Origin: an uncultured delta proteobacterium
GTDB lineage: Bacteria; Myxococcota_A; Polyangia; Polyangiales; Polyangiaceae
Direction of reading: 5' to 3'
Assembly: GCA_963850305.1 (NCBI GenBank)
Contig: CAWKKR010000004.1
Span: 384,001 to 448,000, forward strand
DNA: 64,000 bases
Positions 8,573-18,806 of the stretch are shown here, in pieces. The first letter of the stretch is position 1; the number at the start of each line of letters is the position of its first letter. Made by a program: the position numbers and the translations under genes. The notes below the pieces were generated by a model. That model had not been told where the DNA came from, searched no databases, and saw nothing but the letters and a program-made list of their open reading frames with translations.

Positions 8573-10513
8573 ATGTCCCCGAAGAGCTGGCTTGGCGTGT
8601 TCACTTCGTCGCTCGTGGCGGTCATCGCCATTGCTTGCTCGGCGAGCAACGGCCGAACGAGCGCGGGGCGCAATGACGCCGGCTCGACAGGCGGCTCGGC
8701 TTCGGGGGGCCAGAGTGCCTCGTCGAGCGGGGGCGGAGGCCCCGGCACCGGCTCGAGCGGAGGCGCGCCGGGAACCGAAGGCGGCGCGGGTCCTGGCGCC
8801 GGCGGCTTCGCGACGAACCTCGACGGAGGCCCAACGCCCGGGACCGGCGGAGCCAGCACGGGACCGGTCGCGGTGGACACTACACCGGGCCGTTGGCGAA
8901 CCGCGTTGAACCCCGCGACGGGTCGCTTCCGTTTCATCTCGCCCGACGGCACTCCCACCGTACTCCGTGGCGTTTCAATGACGGGATTCGAGACCGGTAC
9001 GCGCGAGACGGCTTCCGGCGGCGGCTTCTGGCTCTTCAACTCGGGACAGGCGCCGGAATCGACGAACGCGAAGACGGTGCTCGGCAACGTGGTCGACACG
9101 CTGGTCACGAACTGGAAGACGACCGTCGTCCGCATCCCGATCTGCGGCTCCGCGTGGGCTCAGAACTACACGGTGCACGACTATGGCAACGCGGAGATCG
9201 CCACGTACCGAGACTGGGTCGATCTCGCCGTGCAAAAGGCACGCAGCGACGGAGCGGTCGTGATCATCGACAACCATCTCTGGGCCATCGCCAAGATGGG
9301 CGACGGCACCGACGTCGATCGGGGCACGTTCACGAGCAATGGACAGACGTATCAGTACTCCCAGTTCGAAGACGGCTGCACGGGCGTCAACACGACCTCC
9401 GGCGTCGACAGCTGCGCGCCGTCCGACTGGTACACGGGCGATCCCTCGACGTGGGAGTGCCCGATCGCGAACGCGGACGGCGTGTCGATCTACAACGGGT
9501 ACAAGAACGAGAACGCAATCGGCTCCATGTGGGCGGACATCGCGACGCGCTACAAGGGCGACAGCGGCGTCTGGTTCGAGGTATTCAACGAGCCGTACGC
9601 GCGCAAGGCGACCACGCCGTTTCCGAGCTCGGGCGTCAACGAGGACGAGAAGGACTACCCGTGGGATCTCTGGACGTCCTACATGATGACGCAGATCCAG
9701 GCGATCCGCGATCAGGCGAAGGCGCCGAACATCGTCTTGGTGAACGGGCTCGACTTCGGTTACGATTTCGGCCCCGTGTACGGACCGATCGGAAATCCGG
9801 GGAAGTACCTGCCCTGGACCGCGACGTATCCGAACATCGCGTACGCGTTTCATCCGTACCAGCACGGTGCGTGCTGCGGCCAGATCGGAACCTCCGGCAC
9901 GGATCTGAGCCGGAGCGATCCGTACGAGTCCGGCTTCTGCTCCTATTACGAGGACGGCTCGACGTGGGGAACGGCGAGCGGCGCCGCCTTGCCAGGCGGG
10001 AACTCCTGCAGCAACGTCGGTTACGCGTCGACGCAGGACAAGAAGATGCCGCCGTGCACCTGGGTCGACGCCGCGTGGAATCCCAGTACGCAGTCGCTCG
10101 GCTTGTGCGCGGGCGATCGCACCGCGTGCGGGTCGAAGAACAAGGCCGAGTGCCTGGCCGTGGACCGGGGCTCACCTTCCGCCGGAGGCTGGTCGCAATA
10201 CGTCCTTCCGATGGCGAAGTTCGGTCCGCTGATCGCGACGGAGTTCGGCTCGTTCGACTGCAGCTCGCCCTTCGTCACAACGCTGCTCGACTACGCGAAC
10301 GCGTACGACATCTCGTACACCGCGTGGGCGCTCTGGCCCCAGAACAGTGGCGGCCCGGCAGGGCTCGGTTCCTGTGGCTACCCCTCGGTCATGACCTCGA
10401 GCCCGGACCCCGGAGATTTTCGTCAATGCTTCAGCCCCGCCGCCTGCGCATCGTTGATGCAACCCCTGCCCTGGTCGGGACAGGCGACCTTTCAGGATCT
10501 GATGAGTCACTGA
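8573..10513 (+). CDS. GH5-like glycoside hydrolase lipoprotein with Cys-rich insertions
   Basis: LRGVS, VVRIP, IIDNH, FEVFNEP (acid/base), YAFHPY, IATEFG (nucleophile) and YTAWA. Lipobox IAIAC and Gly-rich linker. Confidence 0.82.
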   Translation: MSPKSWLGVFTSSLVAVIAIACSASNGRTSAGRNDAGSTGGSASGGQSASSSGGGGPGTGSSGGAPGTEGGAGPGAGGFATNLDGGPTPGTGGASTGPVAVDTTPGRWRTALNPATGRFRFISPDGTPTVLRGVSMTGFETGTRETASGGGFWLFNSGQAPESTNAKTVLGNVVDTLVTNWKTTVVRIPICGSAWAQNYTVHDYGNAEIATYRDWVDLAVQKARSDGAVVIIDNHLWAIAKMGDGTDVDRGTFTSNGQTYQYSQFEDGCTGVNTTSGVDSCAPSDWYTGDPSTWECPIANADGVSIYNGYKNENAIGSMWADIATRYKGDSGVWFEVFNEPYARKATTPFPSSGVNEDEKDYPWDLWTSYMMTQIQAIRDQAKAPNIVLVNGLDFGYDFGPVYGPIGNPGKYLPWTATYPNIAYAFHPYQHGACCGQIGTSGTDLSRSDPYESGFCSYYEDGSTWGTASGAALPGGNSCSNVGYASTQDKKMPPCTWVDAAWNPSTQSLGLCAGDRTACGSKNKAECLAVDRGSPSAGGWSQYVLPMAKFGPLIATEFGSFDCSSPFVTTLLDYANAYDISYTAWALWPQNSGGPAGLGSCGYPSVMTSSPDPGDFRQCFSPAACASLMQPLPWSGQATFQDLMSH

Positions 10514-10541
10514 CCGCCCGTCGCGCCCGGGAGCGTCGCGG

Positions 10542-12182
10542 TCAGTCCTGAACGAAGTCTTCTTCGACGTAAAACGCAGCGCGCGTGCCGAAGCCGATCC
10601 CGGCGAGCAGCATCAGTCCAGCGAAGAGCCAGAAGAAGCTCACCAGAGGAAGCTTGGACAGCTCCGCCAGGACCGAGACGAGCACGTTGCCGATCGCCAC
10701 CGTGAGCAGCCAGAAGCCCATGATGGTCGACTTCATCCGCTTCGGCGCCTGGGAGTACGCAAACTCGAGACCGGTGATCGACACGAGCACCTCCGCGACC
10801 GTGATGATGACGTACGGCACGGCCTGCCACAGGATGCTCACCTTCCCCGGTCCGCTCCGATCGATTGCCGCCTGGATCAGCGCGACGGCCACGAACGAGA
10901 GCGACGCGACGATCATCCCGGCCGTCATGCGGCGCAGGGCCGTCGTGCGAACGCCGAGCTTCTCTACAACGGGATATCCGACGTAGTTCATGAAGGGAAT
11001 CAGGAGCATGACGAACACCGGGTTCAGCGCCTGCAGCTGAGCCGGCAAGATCTCGAAACCGAGAAAGCGCGCGCTTCGCATCATCTCCGCCTGCCGGACC
11101 CACGACGACCCGCTCTGGTCGAAGAGGGCCCAGAAGAGACTCACGAGAACGAACACGCTCATGATCTTGAGAACCGCGTGCGCGCCGCGCACGGTCTCCG
11201 CGCCGAAGTACCGAACGGCGGGTTGCAGGAAGCGACTCTCACCGGGCTCCGCGGAGGCGGTGCCGCGACCGCGGAGCCACTCTCGCGCAGCGCACAGCAC
11301 GATGGCCAGAAAGCCGTCGTCAGGTGCGCGGCGTTGTCGGATCGCGAAGAGGCCAAGCCCCGTTGCAAGGAAGCCGAGCGAGACGAGCACGATGACGAAC
11401 GCCGGCAGATCGGCGGTGAAGAACAGGTGCCCGAACGTCATGAACAGCGCAAACGACGACAGCGTGTCGAGGAGCCCGAGGGAGCCGCCCGGTGCGGGAG
11501 GCACGTGCACGAACACGTTCCGTCCCATGAAAAATACGATCGTTGCCAGGAGCATGAGCACGCCCGGGATGGCGAACGCGACGCTGATGGCGTGTCGCCC
11601 CCAGAAATCCGTCCGTGTATCGTGCCAGTCGAACACCCACGGGATGAGCAACATCGACAGCGTGCTGCCGAAGTTGATCATGAAATAGAAGATTTGATAG
11701 ATCGTCCGCAGGCGAAACCAGTTGTTCTTGCCGAACTGGTCACCGACGTGCGCGGACACACACGGCTTGATGCCACCAGAGCCGATCGCGACGAGCGTGA
11801 GCCCGCCCCACAGCCCGAGGAGCGAACCCTCGGTCAGCGAGAGAACCGCATGGCCGGCGCAGTACACGAGCGAGAGCCACAGGATGGTCCGGTACTTTCC
11901 GAGATAGCGGTCCGCGACGATCGCGCCGACCATCGGGAGCGCGTAGACCCCGGCGGCGAAGAGATGATAGTGCGCGGTCGCGACGTCGGCGACGTGTGCC
12001 GCGTACTCCGGATGGCGCGGGTAGAGCTGACCCGCCATGTACACGTAGAGGATCGATCGCATGCCGTAGTAGCTGAAACGCTCGCACCCCTCGTTGCCGA
12101 CGATGTACGGCACACCCGGCGGCCACTCCGTGGTGAAGGGGTCCGGCGCCGTGCGCGGTCCGCGTGCCGGCACGACGCTCAC
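10542..12182 (-). CDS. POT/PTR family proton-dependent oligopeptide transporter
   Basis: NEGCERFSYYG, GSGGIKPCVSAHVGDQF and GLEFAYSQAP. GTG start overlaps the upstream stop. Confidence 0.93.
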   Translation of the reverse strand: MSVVPARGPRTAPDPFTTEWPPGVPYIVGNEGCERFSYYGMRSILYVYMAGQLYPRHPEYAAHVADVATAHYHLFAAGVYALPMVGAIVADRYLGKYRTILWLSLVYCAGHAVLSLTEGSLLGLWGGLTLVAIGSGGIKPCVSAHVGDQFGKNNWFRLRTIYQIFYFMINFGSTLSMLLIPWVFDWHDTRTDFWGRHAISVAFAIPGVLMLLATIVFFMGRNVFVHVPPAPGGSLGLLDTLSSFALFMTFGHLFFTADLPAFVIVLVSLGFLATGLGLFAIRQRRAPDDGFLAIVLCAAREWLRGRGTASAEPGESRFLQPAVRYFGAETVRGAHAVLKIMSVFVLVSLFWALFDQSGSSWVRQAEMMRSARFLGFEILPAQLQALNPVFVMLLIPFMNYVGYPVVEKLGVRTTALRRMTAGMIVASLSFVAVALIQAAIDRSGPGKVSILWQAVPYVIITVAEVLVSITGLEFAYSQAPKRMKSTIMGFWLLTVAIGNVLVSVLAELSKLPLVSFFWLFAGLMLLAGIGFGTRAAFYVEEDFVQD

Positions 12183-13471
12183 CCCGGGCGCGAGAGCCAC
12201 GCGAGCGTCTCCAGGTGATGCGTCGAGGGAAACATGTCGAAACCGCGAATCTCGTCGAGCCCATAACCGGCGTCACGGAGTAGCCGGATGTCGCGCGCGA
12301 GAGTGGCGGGGTCGCACGAACAGTACACGACGAAAGGAGGCGACAGAGCCACCACGCTCGCGAGACATTCGCGAGCGCCGGCCCGCGGCGGGTCCAGCAG
12401 GATCAGGTCCAACCGTTCGTGCGCACGGACACACTCGGCGAGGCGCGTCGCGGCATCGCCCTCGAGAAATCCGTCGCTCGGAAGCCCGCGGGCGGCCGCC
12501 GCGCGACGCGCAGCATCCACGGCGCGCGCGTCGCGCTCCACGCCGATGCCGGACATATCGGCCGCGAGCAGGGGGAGCGAGAAATTGCCGGCGCCCGCGT
12601 ACGCGTCGAGGAAGCGACGGACTTTCCGCGTCCTCGCGCCGTCGATGACGGCCTCGACGAGCGCAACGTTGACGTCCCAGTTCACCTGCGTGAACACGCC
12701 GACGGGCGCGAAAAGCTCGACGTCGAGAGGCAACGGGTAACGCTGCTCGCGACCCACGGTGCCGCTCACTCCGTCGACGCAGAGAGTCCAGTCGCTCGGT
12801 AGCGCGTTCCGCACTGCCTTGACCGCGGGTGCGGCGCCGCCGGGGACGCGAGAGACGAGATGCACTGCGACGCGAGGTCCTCGCTCTGCCACGCGGACGT
12901 CGATTTCCGAGAATGCCGAGAGCGATGCTCTCGGCACGCGACGGATCGCGTCGAGGGCGAGCGAGATCTCACTCCGGCACGCGATGCACGATGGGATCTC
13001 GACGAGCTTCTGCGTGCCGCGCGCGAAGTAGCCGACTGCGCCGCCGGCATCGACGTGAAAGCGAGTGCGGCTCCGGTAGCCCAGGTCCGGCCCGAACGCA
13101 TCGACGCGGACGTCCTCCCCGAGCCGGACGCCCGCGGTTCGTTCGAGGGCCTCTCGGAGAAGCGCCTGCTTTGCAACGCGCTGTGCCCCGCAGTCGAGCG
13201 CCATCCAGTCGCACCCTCCGCAGTCCGCCGCCACCTTGCACGGTGGGTTTACCCTCGTCGTGGCGGCGACGACGAGCGACCACCGCGTGGCACGGACGTG
13301 ACCCTTTCTGGCCTCGATCGCGACGGGACGGATGACGTCTCCCGGGAACGCTCCGTCCGCAAATCCGACGCGACCATCCTCGAGCCGAGCCATCCCCTCG
13401 CCGCCCGGGACGACCTTCTGGATCGTCCAGTCGCGGCGCTCCGCGTCCGCTCGCGCGGGGGCTCTCGTCAC
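12179..13471 (-). CDS. RlmD/TrmA-family RNA (uracil-C5)-methyltransferase with TRAM domain
   Basis: C...CGGC Fe-S motif, FTQVN, LDAYAGAGNF, LDPPRAG, SCDPATLARD and DMFPSTHHLE. Real start likely GTG 13471. Confidence 0.88.
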   Translation of the reverse strand: MTRAPARADAERRDWTIQKVVPGGEGMARLEDGRVGFADGAFPGDVIRPVAIEARKGHVRATRWSLVVAATTRVNPPCKVAADCGGCDWMALDCGAQRVAKQALLREALERTAGVRLGEDVRVDAFGPDLGYRSRTRFHVDAGGAVGYFARGTQKLVEIPSCIACRSEISLALDAIRRVPRASLSAFSEIDVRVAERGPRVAVHLVSRVPGGAAPAVKAVRNALPSDWTLCVDGVSGTVGREQRYPLPLDVELFAPVGVFTQVNWDVNVALVEAVIDGARTRKVRRFLDAYAGAGNFSLPLLAADMSGIGVERDARAVDAARRAAAARGLPSDGFLEGDAATRLAECVRAHERLDLILLDPPRAGARECLASVVALSPPFVVYCSCDPATLARDIRLLRDAGYGLDEIRGFDMFPSTHHLETLAWLSRPG

Positions 13472-14082
13472 TGCCCGGGAGGCGCGAGCGTACCGAACAC
13501 ATGGTCCCAGAGCCGGGACGAAACGCCGAAGCGCGAACCATGGTCCTTGAAGTGATGAAGCATGTGGTGCTTCTTCAGGGTCCGCCCGTATTCGGTCTTC
13601 GGGCTGAAGTGGTGGATGTAGTAGTGCGTGAGGTCGTAAAACATGTAGCCGGCCGTGAACCCGGCTTGAAAGCCCCAGGTCAGGGTGTGGCCCAGCGTCA
13701 CGAGGAAGAGCCCGAGAAATAGCCAGAACAGGGAAATACTGACGGCAGGGGGCATCACCAGCCGGTATTTGTCCCGGGGCCAGGTATGGTGGACGCCGTG
13801 CACGAGAAAGTGCATCCGGTCGCCCCACGCGCCCTTCGGGATCCAGTGGAAGAAGGTTCGATGCAGCCAGTACTCCACGAACGTCCAGGACAGAAAGCCG
13901 CCGGCGAAGAGCGCCGCCGTCTCGAGCGGGCTGACTGCCGCGCGCGCGATGCTGTACCAGACCAGGGCGAACGACGCCGGGACGAACAGGATCGGCACGA
14001 TGGCCGCGTGAGTCCGGGAGAAGAGATCGACGAAATCGCTCTCGAACATCCGCGGCGATTCTGGGGTCGCCTTGAGCAGCAT
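13468..14082 (-). CDS. Fatty acid hydroxylase (FA2H-like, sterol desaturase superfamily)
   Basis: His boxes EYWLHRTFFH, HGVHH, HYYIHH and HHMLHHF; RLVMPP; FGVSSRLWDHVFGT. Confidence 0.9.
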   Translation of the reverse strand: MLLKATPESPRMFESDFVDLFSRTHAAIVPILFVPASFALVWYSIARAAVSPLETAALFAGGFLSWTFVEYWLHRTFFHWIPKGAWGDRMHFLVHGVHHTWPRDKYRLVMPPAVSISLFWLFLGLFLVTLGHTLTWGFQAGFTAGYMFYDLTHYYIHHFSPKTEYGRTLKKHHMLHHFKDHGSRFGVSSRLWDHVFGTLAPPGQ

Positions 14083-14221
14083 CGGTCCTTTATCCTACAT
14101 GTAAGCAACGAAGGCCGCTCCGACCATAGAACGGCGCGCATCCGTTGAAAAGCGGGCGACGGCCCGGACGCCGTGCACTCATGGTCAGTTTGTCGCGTTA
14201 GCGCACGGAATTCACCACCCT

Positions 14222-14239
14222 CCTGACACGGATGTCAGG
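14222..14239. promoter_or_regulatory. Palindromic candidate operator CCTGACA-N4-TGTCAGG
   Basis: Perfect 7-bp inverted repeat in a divergent intergenic region, with a second CCTGACA half-site near 14324. Confidence 0.4.
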
Positions 14240-14464
14240 GCCCGGTTCGACCGCGGCAGGCCGTTCCAGCCGCAGAGGACGAGGGAACGCGACCGGAGAA
14301 ATGACTTTGCGGGGGTCAACGCGCCTGACAGCGCTGGTCTTTCGCGGGGTTACAGCAGATCCGAGCTCCATTCAAATCTTCGTAGGGCAACGCGCGTCTT
14401 AAGCAGGACGGGAACAAGATGCGCGGCATCGTTGTTGCTGCTGTCGAAGGGACTGGAAGACGAG

Positions 14465-14830
14465 ATGCCTGACAACCTAAAGAGCGATCGGCCCCCGCGA
14501 GCTCCCTTCGATTCGCAATTTCCGAAGGAGGAGAGCCACGTGCGCGCCCGCGGCGAGACGCAGGAGCGATCGTCGGATTCCGGAACGCACTCGGCGGTCA
14601 TGCCGGCGACGGCCTGGCCGGAGAGCGTCGGGGAACGCACGATGCGCATCGATCGGAAGATCACGATCGCGACGCTAGTGCTCGAGCGCATTCCGCCAGC
14701 GGATCCACGCGCGCGCCTCCTGTCGTCGGCCATGCTGCGTCGCGACGAGGTGCTCCTCGACGCGGTGCTCGCGCAGATCACGGGAGATGCGGCGATCCCG
14801 CCGTCGAATCGCCCGAAGCCTGCGCGATGA
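14465..14830 (+). CDS. Hypothetical protein
   Basis: ORF with purine-rich upstream sequence and host-like codon usage; helical C-terminal half. Confidence 0.55.
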   Translation: MPDNLKSDRPPRAPFDSQFPKEESHVRARGETQERSSDSGTHSAVMPATAWPESVGERTMRIDRKITIATLVLERIPPADPRARLLSSAMLRRDEVLLDAVLAQITGDAAIPPSNRPKPAR

Positions 14831-14888
14831 AACGACCCGTGGCGGGCGGGCTGCTTTCAGCGAAGAAGGTAGTGCTACTCTCCGTGGG

Positions 14889-16415
14889 ATGCACCCGACA
14901 CGAGAGCCGCGCGTCATCATCCGGCACTGCGATTCGTACGATCCGGAGGTGATCCGGAAGATCGTTCGGGAGGGACTGGACGAACTCGGACTCAAGCCGT
15001 TCGGACGGACCTTGCTCAAGCCGAACCTCGTCGCGTCGGGCCCGCTGTTCCCACACGCCTTCACCCGCCCCGAATTCACCGAGGGCGTTCTCCGCGCACT
15101 CCGCGACCGAGACGACGGCCAGGTCGAGGAACTGGCCGTCGGTGAACGCTGCGGCATCACCGTTCCCACGCGGGAAGCGTTCCGGGGCGCGGGCTACAAC
15201 GAGATGCTCGATCGCGTCGGGGGCGTCAAAAAGTACTTCTTCGAAGAGGAGCCCCAGGTCGAAATCCGGCTCACTCACGAGGAGCGGCTCCGCGACTACA
15301 TCTTCACCCCGGAACCCGTCGCGCGGGCGGACTTCTTCGTCAACTGTCCGAAGTTCAAGGCGCACCCGTGGACCACCGTGACGTTCTCGAACAAGGCTTA
15401 CATCGGCATCCAGGACGATCGGCATCGGCTCATCGATCACGATCACCGGTTGAACGAAAAAATCGCCGACCTCCAGTACGTCATTCAACCGGAGTTCATC
15501 TGTATCGACGCCATCACCGCCGGTGAAGGCCGAATGCTCACGCCGATCCCTTACGACCTTCACCTGATCGTGATGGGCAACAACCAGGTGGCGTTCGACA
15601 CCGTATGCTGCAACATCATCGGGGTGGATCCGCACGAGGTCGATCACATCCGTTTCGCCGCCGAGCGCGGGTTCGGCACCATGAACCTGGACGAGATCCG
15701 GATCACCGGCGACGTGGCGCTCGAAAGCGCGCGTGAGCGCGGGAAGAATTTCCGGACCGGGCTCATCCGCGTCGAGAAGTATTTCGAGGGGACCCACATC
15801 AGCGCCTACGCCGGGCCACCTCCCGAGAACGAATACACGGATTATTGCTGGGGCGGATGCCCGGGCGCCATCGAGGAGGCAATCGAAATCTTGCGTCTCT
15901 ACGATGCCGAGTGCGACTCGAGGATGGCGCGAATGCACGTCGTCTTCGGCGCCTACAAGGGCCCCATCGACGCGCAGCCGGGCGAGAAGGTCGTGTTCAT
16001 CGGCGACTGCGTCCACTTCGAGGGCGAAGTGAACGGAAAGCTGATCGAAATACCGAATCTGTACAAAGACAGGTCGACGAAAGACCCGTATTCGGCCCAA
16101 GCAGAGGACATTTTCGTGAAACTGGCGAAGGTGAAAAAGCAGGTTCAGAACGCGGAAGGCATCGACTTTCTGCGCTTCGAGGGTTGCCCGGTGAGCGTTG
16201 CCGAGCATGTGCTGCTTCTATCCATGCTGGGCGGAACGAAGAACCCCTACACCGACGCGGGCAACAACTTCGGCTTCGTGCACAGCTACCTTGCGTGGCG
16301 AACGTCGACGATGGCCAAGCGCCTCCGCGGTGTGCCGTACCAGGTACGCGGACCGGGCCCGCGCGGCGCCGCGAAGCCGGAAGTCGTGCCTCCTCGGTCG
16401 CCCGGCGCCGAGTAG
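14889..16415 (+). CDS. DUF362 domain putative Fe-S protein
   Basis: LLKPNLV, NCPKFKAH, DAITAGEG and VAFDTVCC, plus Cys motifs CWGGCPG, GDC and EGCP. Confidence 0.82.
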   Translation: MHPTREPRVIIRHCDSYDPEVIRKIVREGLDELGLKPFGRTLLKPNLVASGPLFPHAFTRPEFTEGVLRALRDRDDGQVEELAVGERCGITVPTREAFRGAGYNEMLDRVGGVKKYFFEEEPQVEIRLTHEERLRDYIFTPEPVARADFFVNCPKFKAHPWTTVTFSNKAYIGIQDDRHRLIDHDHRLNEKIADLQYVIQPEFICIDAITAGEGRMLTPIPYDLHLIVMGNNQVAFDTVCCNIIGVDPHEVDHIRFAAERGFGTMNLDEIRITGDVALESARERGKNFRTGLIRVEKYFEGTHISAYAGPPPENEYTDYCWGGCPGAIEEAIEILRLYDAECDSRMARMHVVFGAYKGPIDAQPGEKVVFIGDCVHFEGEVNGKLIEIPNLYKDRSTKDPYSAQAEDIFVKLAKVKKQVQNAEGIDFLRFEGCPVSVAEHVLLLSMLGGTKNPYTDAGNNFGFVHSYLAWRTSTMAKRLRGVPYQVRGPGPRGAAKPEVVPPRSPGAE

Positions 16416-16513
16416 CGGCGGACGCGGTGAGCGTCGTACATCATCGTCCAAAAATACGAAAGCGGTCACGTTTGGGTTCACGAAGCGTCGGGGTCCGAGC
16501 CATGATCTAGGTC

Positions 16514-17899
16514 GTGAGAAGACATCTTTCGATCGGATTGCTCGCGGTGGTGCTGGGCACTGCCGGAACCGCTGGTGCAACCAGCGTCGTGGACCACGTG
16601 ACGTCGGGAGGCGTCAACGCGAACGCCGCGACCATCCTCGCTGGCAAGGACGGCGCAACTTACGAGCTTCGCGGCGGCGCCCTCGTGGCGTTCTCGCCGG
16701 GGGCCGAGTTTGCGTTCGAGCCATCCACGCATCTGAAGATCAGAAAGCCGGGAGACCCCGAGACGCCCGCCCGCGTCGTCCGTGTGGTTCGCGGGCGTGC
16801 CGAGGTGACGATCCCTGCTTCCGCGCGCGAGTTAACCGCGGTTTTGCTTCGAGGGCCGGGAAAGATGAGCGCCGTCGCCAAGGAGGGTGTCTGCGTGTTC
16901 GTCGTGGGAAGAGATCAGACGACGGCCGCTTCGCGACAGGGGGAGATGCTCGTCGGCATCGGGAACGATTGGAAGCCGCTCCACGAAGGGATGGCCCGCT
17001 CGCTCGCGCCGGACGACCCCGCGGCGTTTCCTCATCCGATCCTCGCGGCACCTGGCGTCGTGGTGGATCCCGCGCTGGTCCTGCGCGAGGGGGACGATGC
17101 GCCGCCCGCGTCCGTACGATGGTCGGCGGTGAAGGACGCAACGAGTTACGAAATCACTCTGAGCCGCGTTACCGGCGCGTCGAGCGACGTGACGTCCCTG
17201 ATCGTTTCATCCGGAACGAGCGCGTCGCTCGGGGTCCTTGCTCCGGGATCGTATCTCGCGAGCGTGGTTGCCATCGATCGTCGTGGCTTGCCGGGCGTCG
17301 CCTCCTCGCCGCGGAGCCTTCGTGTCGTGGGAGTCGCGCTCCCCGCAGGCACGGAGCTGTCCAGGGACGGCGCTATCCTTCTCGGCGCCGACGACCGCGT
17401 CTCGCTGCTGGAAGCCGGTGGACTCGAGGTGAGCTACGGCGGGTCGTCCGTGTTCGGCGGGGCACCGGGCTCGCTCGGGCTCGCTCACGGAGAGGCCACG
17501 ACCGTGCGGCTCCGCGCTCGCGGATCGAGCGAGGAAGCGCTCCTCCGCTTCGAGCCCAAGGGCCTGCGTGCAAGGATCGACATCGGTCCGCACGAGGCTC
17601 GATGGCCCGTCGATCACGTCGCGATCCGGATCGACCTCTACGACGCGAGCGGACGCGCCGTTCCCGACGATGCGCCGGTGACGCCGTCCGTGACCGTGAA
17701 CCTGCAGCCGATCGACGCGAACTGGGCTCGCACCGGACACATTCTTCGCGCGACGTTGCCAGCCGGCACGAGTCCGGGACCATGGGTGGTGCGCGCGGAA
17801 GTACGCGACGCGCGAGGCGATCTCATCGGAAGGAATTTCCTCGAAGTGGCGCGGAGCAATTCCGGAGCCAAGACCGAACTCGCGAACCGCTGGCCCTGA
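16514..17899 (+). CDS. Secreted protein, FecR-like N-terminal region followed by Ig/FN3-like domains
   Basis: Signal peptide, beta-rich VRVVRGRAEV, and FN3-like VRWSAVKDATSYEITL...PGSYLASVVAID. Confidence 0.55.
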   Translation: MRRHLSIGLLAVVLGTAGTAGATSVVDHVTSGGVNANAATILAGKDGATYELRGGALVAFSPGAEFAFEPSTHLKIRKPGDPETPARVVRVVRGRAEVTIPASARELTAVLLRGPGKMSAVAKEGVCVFVVGRDQTTAASRQGEMLVGIGNDWKPLHEGMARSLAPDDPAAFPHPILAAPGVVVDPALVLREGDDAPPASVRWSAVKDATSYEITLSRVTGASSDVTSLIVSSGTSASLGVLAPGSYLASVVAIDRRGLPGVASSPRSLRVVGVALPAGTELSRDGAILLGADDRVSLLEAGGLEVSYGGSSVFGGAPGSLGLAHGEATTVRLRARGSSEEALLRFEPKGLRARIDIGPHEARWPVDHVAIRIDLYDASGRAVPDDAPVTPSVTVNLQPIDANWARTGHILRATLPAGTSPGPWVVRAEVRDARGDLIGRNFLEVARSNSGAKTELANRWP

Positions 17900-17900
17900 T

Positions 17901-18722
17901 TCAGGCCCCCGCCAGGAACGGCATGATGGCCGACACTGTCTCCGCGGGGGCCTCCAGCATCGGCATGTGACCCACGCCCTCCAGGAGGGCCAGTCGTGCC
18001 CCTGGGATCCGCTGGGCAAGCGCCTTCGCGTTCGACGGAGGGATCAATTTGTCGAGCGCGCCGTGCAAAACCAGCGTGGGCCGCCGGATCTCGCGGACCC
18101 GCTCCGATCGGTCGCTGGTCAGGATGGCCTGAACTTGAGCCATGAACGTGTTCGCCGGCGTAGGCTGGCCGCGCGCATTGTCGAGCATCATGCGATACAT
18201 CTCCGGCGCGCGTTGCTCGAATCCGGGCGCGGCGATGACGCTGAGCGTGAAGCGCATCATCGCTTCCGGATCTCGGCCACGGCTCAAAAACTCGGCTGGA
18301 TCGAAGAGACGCATCGCGTCCGGGTGCGGGGGTTCGACCGTATGACCCCCGTAATGCGTGGACATGAGCACGAGTCGATCCACGCGGGCGGCGTGTTCGA
18401 TCGCGACGAGCTGCGCGATCATGCCGCCCATGGAAATACCGATGACGTGCGCGCGAGCTGCACCCACCGCGTCGAGGACCGCAGTCACGTCCCGCGCGAG
18501 ATCGGACAGCGAGTAACCGCCGGACGCGGGCGGCGACGCGCCCGCACCCCGGTTGTCCATTCGCACGACGCGATAGCGTTCGGCGAGCGCCGCGGGAAGC
18601 GAAGCGCCCCAATCCGTGGCGCGTCCACCCAGACCCATGATGAGGATTACCGTCTCGGCGCCGTTCCCCTCGACGATGTAGGCGACTTCGACCTCTCCCG
18701 ACCTGGCTGTTCCGTTTTTCAT
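17901..18722 (-). CDS. Alpha/beta-fold hydrolase
   Basis: DNRGAG, nucleophile elbow GISMGG, HGALD and GVGHM. Confidence 0.9.
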   Translation of the reverse strand: MKNGTARSGEVEVAYIVEGNGAETVILIMGLGGRATDWGASLPAALAERYRVVRMDNRGAGASPPASGGYSLSDLARDVTAVLDAVGAARAHVIGISMGGMIAQLVAIEHAARVDRLVLMSTHYGGHTVEPPHPDAMRLFDPAEFLSRGRDPEAMMRFTLSVIAAPGFEQRAPEMYRMMLDNARGQPTPANTFMAQVQAILTSDRSERVREIRRPTLVLHGALDKLIPPSNAKALAQRIPGARLALLEGVGHMPMLEAPAETVSAIMPFLAGA

Positions 18723-18806
18723 CGAGGCTCGGTGTGGTACGTACCCCGGACGGCCGGGCGCCTCAAGCGAGAGCCTCGACACTTCCGGACCACGAATTCC
18801 CCTGCG

